Assembly: GCF_018977255.1 (NCBI RefSeq)
Contig: NW_024704743.1
Span: 42,658,001 to 42,722,000 of the forward strand
DNA: 64,000 nucleotides
Origin: Callorhinchus milii
Lineage: Eukaryota
Reading direction: 5' to 3'
The position numbers were made by a program, and so were the translations under genes. Of this stretch, positions 26,060 to 36,646 are shown piece after piece. Under the pieces are notes generated by a model that saw nothing but the letters and a program-made list of their open reading frames with translations, did no database searches and was not told the DNA's origin. Numbering within the stretch: the stretch's first letter is position 1; every line of letters begins with the position of its first letter.

Positions 26060-26418
26060 ATAATAATACTAATCCTTGCATTTCATGTAATGTCTTATCA
26101 CGTCTTCGAGACGTCTGAAATCACTCCACAAAATATACTGTACTTTGTGGGTGAAATGCAGCAGCCAATTGGAACAGCAGTGTATCACAAACAGTTGTGG
26201 AACAAGTGACCAAATTATTATTATTATTCTTTTTGAAGGGATTATTAACTTAGAAAACCATCCACCAATCGACTAACAATCAGGTTCCTACTTTCTGCTA
26301 GGTAAACAGAGGCGTGTGGAGTAAGGAAACTTGCCTAAAGTCTCGCCCTGCCAGGGAATCGAACCCGGGTCCTCTAACTTGAGAGGCGAGCGCTCTAACC
26401 AATACGTTACAGGACTCC
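26060..26418 (-). mobile_element. tRNA-derived SINE
   Basis: Reverse complement head ggagtcctgtaacgtattggttagagcgctcgcc, B box ggttcgattccc. Confidence 0.85.
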
Positions 26419-26982
26419 TTTAATGTAATTTAATGCACACACATTGAGGCTGGGGTAGGATGTATGGGATTTATTAAGGAATGTTTCAGTGGTATCAAGA
26501 TGGTTTAGGATTCTACCAACTTCGTCTGTCGAGGCGATCCCTGGCCTGTGACTATCTGTTTTGTAGCAGAAGAATCCTGAGCAGATTATCCCAGATGTTG
26601 AATCCTGAGCAGATTACCCCACTTAAAGGTCCACCATAGCTCGAGGAGTGTGTGAGGCTGCATAGACAGTTAGATGAAAGCAGTCTATATATCTCAGAAC
26701 TTAATTTACCAAGTTTAAGATTCAATCCATGTACAATCCTGTTCGACTGTCAAATATTCTACAACTGTTGTAACCATATATTTGAGGCAAGTGGCTCTAT
26801 ACATCTCTGTGGGAAACACCTTCTTACTGCAAAGAGGGATAATTGCACAAGTTACCTTCAGTGGAGGAGATTATATGGGGAGATTTTAGGTAAATGAAGA
26901 GGATGTTTTATTCAACTAAATTAATTTTATGCAGCTTTTTGTTGCTCCCACATCCAATGGAAAATAATAATAATAATCCTTG

Positions 26983-27591
26983 CCGTGGAATAATTTGGGT
27001 GTGACCCACTTATTAAACCTAGGGATCATCCAATTCCTGTAACCCAGTCATTGCTGTAATTTGCTAGTATGAAATCCCAAAAGGACATTAACCACCAATG
27101 TAAAATGTAAATTTTTTTTAAGTCCAAGTAGAGTATATATATATATAGCAACTGGATTTTCTTATTCACCATATCAATTCTGTCCTCAGAAACCTCCCGC
27201 AGAATCCAACAGACTTCTTAATCAATAGCAACAACTTTTATATAGCACCCTTCGTGCAGGATACAGTCTCAGAATACTGAAATTCCTATCTGCTTTCTTC
27301 GAAAGTACCCTGTATATGTGAAACAATTACCACTTTGTTCACTCTAATTTAAAGCAATCTCCTGGATCCATATCATTTTCAGTCATCAGTTTACCTAAGA
27401 GACAAGCACATTTCCCAGCACTCTCAATCTGAAGTGAGCTTGTTTATTTTATCTTAATAAGTTTCAGGTTCTGCATTCACTCTGCCTGATGGTATTTTAT
27501 TCCACAATATTACGGCAATGAGTGAGTCAATAGAATTACAGGTGTTCTTTTAGAAACCTTGCAAGTGGGTCACACCCAAACTATTCTACAG
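26983..27591. mobile_element. Non-autonomous DNA transposon / MITE candidate with 29-bp TIRs
   Basis: 26983-27011 vs reverse complement of 27563-27591: 26/29 identical. Confidence 0.7.
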
Positions 27592-28792
27592 AACTAATCT
27601 TTATTCATTCACAAAAGCCTTCCATCAACAAGCAACACAAAGTCAATGGACAATTGATTTCCTTTCAACTCTGGAAAACAGATTAATCAATCTTAATATC
27701 TTCTGTAATTGGTTCTCCATTACAGCACTATAGAAATAAAATATATATTATAGTTCCAATTACATTGCATACTTTTAGGTAACACGGCTTCAGTTTTGAG
27801 AGCATTCAAGACATTATCCATTACTTATAATTTACCAATCTTATTGAAACTGCCTGTGCGCTTTACTGGTCTCCCTAGCTTCACCACCCATAATCTCCAA
27901 TTTGACCTAAATTTCACCATTTGCATTTCACCCTCACCAAACTCCTCACGCTTTGGTCACTGCCAGGCTACACTGGCTCCCTGCTTCTCAGCAGAACAAA
28001 TTAAAGGTACTCACCTATAAATCCCTTCGTGGGCGAGAAATTCCCTAACTCCCTGACTTTCTCTTACCCCAACTCCACCACTTTCCACTTCCATTCAGTT
28101 AACTTGTACTTGTTGTATGTTCCCCACCCGCCATCCATGGCCACCCCTTCAGATTCTATGACCCTATAAGCTCTGGAAGTCCCTCTACCCCTCCATCTCA
28201 CCACTTTGCTATGTCTTCAAGTCCTGCCTAAACACCTGCCTCGTATTATTCAGCATTATTCTATTTGAAGGGGGTTAAAGAAAGGTATGTTGTTGTTGGT
28301 GTACTGTAGAATGTTATTAATAGTTACAGTTATCTACGGTTTTCTTCCTTAATACAGTTTTTTACGCTGTAGTAAATTCTTATTTCCCATTAGGGGAAAT
28401 ATGTTTTGAATATCTTCTCAATATAATTTGTATTTTTTTAAGAATGAACATTAATATTAGTTTACAACCATTAATGTTTTAGTTGGTTAGACTCCAACAG
28501 TACTCAATGCACACTCTGGGGTTTCCAAGCCTTGACTCTTCCCAACCTGAGGCAGTGCACATTCCATTTCAATACAATACAAAACTACATTTGTATTTCG
28601 CCTTTCACGTTGGGACGATGTCCAAAGGAGCTGGATAGTCAGGGATTTGGAACCGAGCAGTGTGAGAGGTCGGATCTGAACCACTCAGGGACAGAATAAA
28701 CATCTCTGGAATTTTCATGTGTAGGTGGATAATCAAGCATTATTCCAATGAATAATTATTAAATGCTTTGAAAATTGTTTTGTTGCAAATGT

Positions 28793-29386
28793 AATAATAA
28801 TAATCCTTGAATTTAATATAGCACCTTTTCATGTCTTTGAGACATTTCAAAGCGCTTTACAGAATATACTGTAAAGTGAATTGACTGTATGTTTTGTGGG
28901 TGAAATGCATTTTAATTAATTTTTTTGAAAGGATTATTACCCCCAGAAAAGCAATCCACCCATCGAATGACCAGGTTCCTACTTATTGCTGGATAAACAG
29001 AGGCATATGGAGCAAGATTACTTGCCTAACATTTCAGCATGCCTGAGAATGGAATCCAGGTCCTCTCACTTGTCAGCCAAGTGCTCTAACCAATAGCTAC
29101 AGGAGTCCTGTAGCAAGTGAGAGACCTGAGATCAATTCCAGGCACGGCAAAACCTTGGACAAGTTTCCTTACTCCACACGCCTAATAATAATCCCTCCAA
29201 AACCAAAACAATAATAAATTGGTCATTTTCAATCTATGACTGTTTGTGGGACATTGCTGTGCGCAATTGGCTGCCGCGTTCGCCCACAAATATACAGTCA
29301 ATTCACTTTACAGTGTGTTCTGTGAAGCGCTTTGGGACGTCCTCCCGACGTGTAAAGCGCTATATCAAATGCAAGGATTATTATTA
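28793..29386. mobile_element. Head-to-head pair of tRNA-derived SINEs (- then +)
   Basis: Junction gctacaggagtcctgtagc at 29096-29114; tails point outward. Confidence 0.85.
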
Positions 29387-30207
29387 CAGGATAGGGGTGG
29401 GATACATAAAACCAATTGTGGGTGAAAAACTGTGCCTGAGTGCAGGGATCACTCAAGCACAAAATAAAATCTCTGGAATTTCCATGAGGAAGTGGACACT
29501 CAAGGAACGTGATGGGTCTCTGCATGTACACCCAGCTACACCCAGCTGGTGCCGTGTGACATCTTTCAGGGCGCTTTAGATGTGTTATTTGTTGTTGTTG
29601 TTGTTGTAGCACTTACAATGAGATATTCCCCCTAGTTCATGTTGCATCTAGTGAAAGTTGATCCACACATAAGGGAAAAGGGAATTGTGTGTGTGACACA
29701 TGCAGAAAATCATCACTATGCTTAAAAGTATCCAACCCAAACAGGAACTGGATTAACAAAACCACCACCGAGAGTTAACTTACTCCAGGACTGTAATTTG
29801 GATTTCTGTTAAGCTATACACAGCAAGCAGAGCTCAAAGTGTCAGCAAATAATATGTGTACTTTTAATAAAAAAATCCTTTATTTGATATAGCGATTCAG
29901 CACGTCATCAAGACATCTCAAATCACTTCAAAGGATATACTGTAAAATGTGTTGACAGTGTATTTTGTTAGCGAAACTCGAAACTTTCTGTGCTAGATAA
30001 GAAAAAGAGCCAAACTTTCCCATTTAGGCTCCACCTATAAATCTCACGATGAAAGAAAATGCAATCTTGATTTATTGCGACAGAAAGACAATCCAGGCAG
30101 AATACACATAAAAGAGTTCAGCACCTGCCTTTTTCACCGCATCCTTCTAAACCAACTCCTTGATACTGACTGGGTTACCTTCCTCCGAAGAAAGCAGAGG
30201 TTTAAAT

Positions 30208-30241
30208 ATGAAGAGCATAAGAGCTGCAAATGCAGACACAA
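30208..30241 (+). CDS. Candidate first coding exon of the GAD gene (MKSIRAANADT)
   Basis: aatATG with A at -3; phase-1 donor A|GTGAGT is frame-compatible with exon 40362; TATAAA at 30036. No recognisable homology, so speculative. Confidence 0.3.
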
Positions 30242-30709
30242 GTGAGTACTTGTTATTAAATAACCCCTGATCACTATATTTTTTACTGCCTTCTATCTAG
30301 CCTCAGGTATGTGAACAGTCAGAGTGACAATTTTGTGCAGTTCTGGAGTTCTGCATCTGCAAGCAACAGTATTTTGCCACAACGGCCCCTTGCCAGAACA
30401 GCTTTTATGCGATTCTGCTGCTGTTATTTGGCAAGGGGACACAATGCACAAAATAAAAAAGCCTCATCAACATTGAGTCACATTCTGACTCCATTCTAAA
30501 TTTAAATCATCGAATCAGATCTTTGATATGCAGGGATAATTGGGGGTTCGACTCCATTGAGATTATGCCTGATCCGGAACAAAACAAATACCCATTATTT
30601 GTCAGCTTGTTGCCTCCACAAACGAGATACAAACCGGTAATGTCAAAATATTACCTGGAAAAGAAGTGTGCTTGTGGGTTTTGCCTTCACTGAAATAATG
30701 AGCTTGCTA

Positions 30710-31250
30710 AGGGGGAAGCTGAAAGAGATCTAGGGGTGTTAGTTGACTCATCGTTCACTATGTTAAAAGAGTGTAAGGCAGCAATAAACAAGGCAGACAG
30801 ATGCCGGGCTATATTGTTAAATCAATTGAAATTAGATCTCCAAAGGTCACACTCAGGCTATACAGTGCTCTGATCAGGCCACACCTTGAATACAGGATAC
30901 AGTTCTGGTCACCGCGAGATAAACTCTTCAGTCTTGAGAGAAGACAACTAAGAGGGGACCTCATAGAGGTGTGTAAAATTTTAGATGGGATTGAAAGAGT
31001 AAACCCAGATCAACACTTTAGATTGCACCAAGTAGGCATAGGTTTAGAGCTCTTACGAGCAACCTCAGGACAGATACAAGGAAGCTTTTCTTTACTCAGC
31101 TGGTAATTAGCAACTTGAACAAGTTACCAGAAAAGGTGGTAGAGGTCAGGCCATTAAACTCGTTTAAAAAGCAGCTTGATGCTGTGAAGTGAGGATTGGT
31201 ATGGTGGGTATTCGGGAGGGATGAGATCAGATGCGCCAAAGGGTTAAACT
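30710..31250 (+). mobile_element. CR1 LINE 3' fragment
   Basis: [43 protein letters not shown]. Confidence 0.88.
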
Positions 31251-31389
31251 TGTGCTCGTGGCATGCAAAATGGCTGGAGGCCACTGGGTGCAGGTTGCTG
31301 GTCCCCAGGCAACCCCCACCTCCGCGGATGAGGAGAGGCAACCGTAACTCACTATGATTATCACTCGCCCCTCGGGAAACGTGGTGAGA

Positions 31390-31495
31390 TGTGAGTGTGA
31401 CTGTTTGTGAGTGTGTGTGTATGAGAGAGTGTGTGTGAGTGTGTGTGTGAGTCTGTGAGTGTGTGTGTGAGTCTGTGTGCGTGAGAGTGAGTAAC
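31390..31495. repeat. Degenerate (GT/GA)n microsatellite
   Basis: Direct reading; shares its right flank with the 2561-2840 array. Confidence 0.9.
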
Positions 31496-31914
31496 TGAGC
31501 TGATTGTGATATTCATCTGCCAACACATTAATCGACAAGAAACATGACTGTTTGTTTTGTGTGTGTCCCGAGTACATGACACACAGGGAGGTTGACATTT
31601 TGCTGTATTTGCAACACTCCTCCACATTTCACTTGTATTTTGCACTGTAAAAACCTTGTTTTTTTATAACTTCTGTTGTATATTAATAATAATAATGGTG
31701 ATAATAAATTATACAAGCCCGCAAAGCAGTGCCTTCCATTGGGGGAAGACGTCTCCAAGTGCTTTGCAAGCTTTTGCTGTAAAGTTTAGACACTGTGTGA
31801 TTTGCATGCAGCCGTTTCCAACAAATTCAGAAGCCTCATTAAGTAACTTGTTTGAATATTTTATTGTGAATTTCTTAATAAATGCATTTTTCATTTCCAG
31901 TAATATTTTCTTTT

Positions 31915-32350
31915 CATAGAATCATAGAATTACACAGCACAGAAGGAGTCCATTCAGCTCATCACGTCCGTTCTAGCTCTTTGAAAGAGCTGTCCAAATT
32001 AATCCCACTCCCCCGCACTTTCCCCATAGCTCTGCAAATTTGTCCTCTCCAAATATCTATCCACTTCTCACTTGAAAGTTGTTATCGAATCGGCTTCCAC
32101 CCTTTAATAATAGTGAATACATTATACAATTTATTGTATATGCATTCCAGATCCAAACAACTCACTGTGTGAAAAAAATTCTCTTCACCTCCTCTCTGTT
32201 TCTTTTGACAACTGTTTTAAATCTGTGTCCTCTGGTTACTGACCCACCCGCCAGTGGAAACAAGTTTCTCCCTGTTCACCCTATCAAATCCCTTCATAAT
32301 TTTGAACACCTCTATTAAATCTCCCTGCTTTTAACACCTCTATTAAATTT
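31915..32350 (-). mobile_element. CR1 3' end
   Basis: Reverse complement resembles 4300-4680; catagaatcatagaat tail. Confidence 0.8.
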
Positions 32351-34619
32351 CCCTTTTCCTTTTAATTTTTCAATGTTTTTTTGTTGCACGGTGATATGTC
32401 TTGGCCTCACACTGTGGCAAACCTTAGCAAATGTTTATGTTCAAAACAATCCTGCACCTGATTCAGCGCTTTGTCAAGTGGATAAATCCCAAAGAACTTC
32501 ATACAAAGAATAATTTTAAAATGCAGTGGCTGTTGTTAAGTGAACAAGCACAGCAGGTCATCTGACCCACAGGAGAGTCACAAGATGGGGTGAATGACTA
32601 CAGGTTTGTGTCTTTTGTGAAAAGAACAGATGTTAAAGGGGAATAATACAATATAATAGAATACAATTTTGTATGTATATAGTGCCTTTCACATTGGGAG
32701 GATGTCCCAAGGCGCATGACAGTGCTGGTTTGGCGCCCAAGCTGGGGTGGGTGCGAGGCGAGGGGGCTGGGGTGGGCAAAGATGATCAAAGGCGCTGTCA
32801 AAGAGGTGTGGCGGTGGTGACATCATGACCAGGAACCTGATGTCTGTTGGAATGTTGTCTTTACTGTTTGCTTGTATTATTTTGGTCATTTGTATCTGAT
32901 TTACATGGAAACTTATCATCTGTATGAATGCGTATTGTGTGAGCGTGAGAGTACACTCACAAGGGGATAAAAGTTTTTGAGCCGGCAGCAGAGCTGCACC
33001 TTGGGAGGGACTTGTAACAAACAAGTGGGTAAACTCATTCCTCTGCTCAAACCGTAAATGCCAGCATTTTATGTATTACGACTTTGACTTTACTTAAGGC
33101 TTTGGGGTGTGGTCAAAATATATGCTTGTGTCCATTAAATATTTTAAAGTTAGTTCGAGAAGTGTGTATTTTAACTTTGTTAATACAAATGGGATACTGA
33201 TTTTATCCTCCCAATTCGAGAAGCCCCGACTCTAATCACTGAAGCACTGGGAATAAAATACCAAGCTCCCTGACAGAGGAAAGTCTTGAGATGGATCTTG
33301 AAAGAGGTGAAGAGGAGACGAGTCAGAGGGACTCTGGGATGGATCCCAAAAGTTTAAAAATGACTTTGGGCAAGTTCCATAATATGTTTGATATCTTTGG
33401 GGTTATTATTTTTATGGTGTTTAATGGCACTGAATGATTTTACAAATAACTTTTCATCCAAATTAATGTGAATTAATGAACAAAACTTGGTAATGAATTC
33501 ACTTCACAACAAAAAAAATCCTTTGTGTGCAATCTCACTCTAAGTTTCGTCAACCGATCACCCCTATCCTTGGCCAGCTTCACTGTCTCCACATTCCCTA
33601 TAGGATTGAGTTCCAGATATTCATTCTCACTTTTAAAGCCATCCACAGTCCTGATCCTACTATTTCTGCATCCTATTAAAACTTGACCAACTAGTCCACT
33701 CCCTCCGCTCTGCAGGAACTGGCCTGCTCCATGTCCCCTGCCCTCCCTGTGTCCTCTATCAGTTGCTGGGACTTCAGCCTTTCTGCCCAACCTTCTGTAA
33801 CTTTTTTCTGGAGCCCCTCTGCTTGCCCCCTCCCTTGCCTCTTTCAATACCCTCCTCCAACCTGTTACCCTCCATTCCTCTCTGATCCCAACCCACAGCT
33901 CGGGTGCAAACCCCTCATTGTCCAGTGCCTTGAGGCATAGTCCAAATATGAAAGGCACTATATAAATGCAATTTGTTGTTGTGTATTTGGTCTAGTGCCT
34001 TTCATGTCCAAAGGGCATTTCAAAGTGTTTCACTGTACTATGTAATGATTGTTTTGTAGGCGAATGTGGTAGCCAATTTGCACAAACCAATATCTCAAAC
34101 AACCATGAAGGGAAAGAGTGATTTTATTTGGGGAATTGTTAGCGTGAACACCCAGAGAAATAAACTTCTCTTTTAGAATACGAAATGGATTATGTGGGAC
34201 TCATGCTTTTCAGGAGATACCAACTTAATTCAGTTTCAACACCAAATTTGTAGACGTTGGAGCTGCAGTGGTGAAAATCTTCAGGCCAGCATCAGACCCA
34301 ACAATCGTTATGAAGACTGCAAAAAGTCATTGATGCATGGTGGTTAGATAGATGAACAGATGGATTTTATTTGTCAGCCAGGTGTCTGACATGTGGAAAT
34401 CATTCACTCGTCTTAAAAAAATCCAAATCAGATTGACAGTTTTGTCATTGAGACATCTCCTACGCTGTTGCCTGCTACTACTCATTATATTTCACCAGCC
34501 AGTGTTGATATTTTTGTTACACATGGAAGTGAACCAAAAACCAAATAAAATCTGAATTTTCAAATGTAAAATCTGGGGGTTGTACTGTACAGTGAGTGGA
34601 GGCAGAAATGTGAGCAAAG

Positions 34620-35290
34620 CTGTTTAGCAACAATGCATTCCAGAGCTTTGGCAAGGAAGGGCAAGTTACAAATGTGTTAGTGATTTGTAAAGTTTGCGGG
34701 GTCAAGAGTGCTTTTTTGAGGGGGGAGTGATGACAGTGGTTTTAAGGGGGAGAGGAACAGAGCCTGAGGAGAGTGACTGGTTGATTGTGTCGGCCAGCAG
34801 TGGGGAAAGGAGGGCAAGTTATGTGACCAGCAGCTGCGTGGGGAGGGGGTTCGAGGCAGCAAAAGGTGGTGGGCTTCATCTGGAGATGGTGGTTGAGAGG
34901 GATGGGAGAATAATCAGGGCAAAGGAGTGTAGGGAGGGGGAATGGTAGGAGCCATGGTGGAAGGAGGGGATATGTAGCCAGTCTGGGGGGGGTGGAAGGG
35001 GACTTAGGAGAGAAAGAGAAGGCAGCCAAGTTAATATTTTCAATCTTTGAAATGAAGAAGTCTAGGACCTCTTTGGACTTGGCATTTGACGTGAGGATGG
35101 AAGCAGCTTGGGTGGGGGGAGGGGGGCGGGGGTTCTGCAGAGAAGGTGATCAATGCCTTTGGGTTGTTTTTGACCTCCAGAATTGTTTTGGAGAAAAAGG
35201 ACTGTGAAAGGGAAATGTAATAGGTGCGGAGATACTTGAGTCAGGTGCAATCTGCACTCGAGCGACCAGGTTTTCATTTTGAGGGAGCGG
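34620..35290 (-). mobile_element. Decayed L2/CR1-group RT-region fragment
   Basis: Minus-strand KSTLDPANF / PSLPK-like RT motif; C-rich coding bias. Confidence 0.55.
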
Positions 35291-35342
35291 AGATGACTGT
35301 TAATGATGTTGATGATGTTAATGACATAACATCGACTGACTA

Positions 35343-36018
35343 CACCACTACCTCACCCCTCAGGCTGCTGAAACTCTTGTTCATGCCTTCATCACTACCA
35401 GGCTCGACTATGCAAACGCTCTGCTTGTCGGCCTTCCCAACTCCTCCCTCCACAGGCTGCAGATAATCCAGAACTCTGCAGCCGTGTCCTCTCCCGCAAC
35501 AAACTTCGCGACCCCATCTCCCCCATTCTTGCCCTACACCATTGGCTCCCTTTCCTTCAGAGGATCCAGTTCATGATCCTGGTCCTCACCTACAAAGCCC
35601 TCCATGGCCTTGCCCCACCCTACCTCTGTGATCTCCTAACCCCCTATTAACCCGCCCGCTCCCTCCGCTCAGCCGGCTCCGGCCTGCTCCACATCACCCG
35701 ACCCACCCGCCCCACCATTGGCGGGAGAGCCTTCAGCCACTCTGCCCCCAACCTCTGGAATTCCATCCCCCAGTCACTCCGCCTCGCCCCTTCCTTAGCC
35801 TCCTTCAAATCCCGCTCAAGAACCTCCTCTTCGACCATGCCATCAGCCATGCCCTTCCCTTCCACTCCCTTCTCCCCCCTGATCCCAGCTTGGGTCTGAA
35901 ATGCTGTACACTGTCCAGCGACCTTGGGACGTCCTCCCGACGTGAAAGGCGCTATACAAATGTAATCTTGTTGTTATACCGGGAAGCAAGTAAATTTGGA
36001 AACAGCCCTGTATTTCAG
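35343..36018 (+). mobile_element. L2 3' end plus 43-nt flank; third copy of 37522-38200 / 58038-58727
   Basis: Same post-tail flank (ataccgggaagcaagtaaatttggaaacagccctg) in all three copies. Confidence 0.85.
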
Positions 36019-36074
36019 TTCAGTGCGGCTGTCAAGTGGATGTCTTCAAGTTCTGGCTGATGTGGAAAGTAAAG
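36019..36074 (+). pseudogene. Duplicated 3' fragment of the 150-nt GAD exon (pseudo-exon)
   Basis: Matches 56887-56942 with 3 substitutions (R>C, H>Q, A>V in the GAD frame); donor gtaaca retained. Confidence 0.93.
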
Positions 36075-36328
36075 GTAACAAAGAGAGAATAGCCCAAAAT
36101 GAACAGGATCGTGTGTGTTGAATTGTTTTCTATGAACAGAACTGAAATGCCATATTCAGGTAACCCTAAACATTTTCTTCCATCTCCATTTTCTGTCACA
36201 TTGAGGTTTGATTTCTCCAATGATCTTCCTACTCTTCTCTAGCTCCATACTGCACAAGCTACAGCTCATCCAAACCTTTGCAGTTCACATCCTCTCTGAC
36301 CAACAGACTGTGCATATTATCCCCATCC

Positions 36329-36646
36329 GTGGAGTCCTGTAGCTCAGTGGTTAGAGCACTCGCTTTGCAAGTGAAAGACCTGAGTTCAACTCCAGGCAGG
36401 GCGAAACCTTGGGCAAGTTTCCTTACTCCACAAGCCTTATAATAATCCCTCCAAAACAAAACAATAATAAATTGGTCATTTTCAATCCACGACTGTCCGT
36501 GGGACATTGCTGTGCGCAATTGGCTGCCGCGTTCGCCCACAAATATACAGTCAATTCACTTTACAGTATATTCTATGAAGCGTTTTGGCACATCTAGAAG
36601 ACGTGAAAAGCGCTATATCAAATGCAAGGATTATTATTATTATTAT
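36329..36646 (+). mobile_element. Full-length young tRNA-derived SINE (inserted after the duplication)
   Basis: Absent from the paralogous site 57201-57220; ATCC on both sides. Confidence 0.92.

Noticed and set aside
30117..30137. REST/NRSE site near the candidate GAD promoter
   Set aside because: Only the left half (TTCAGCACC) is present; the GGACAG half is missing.
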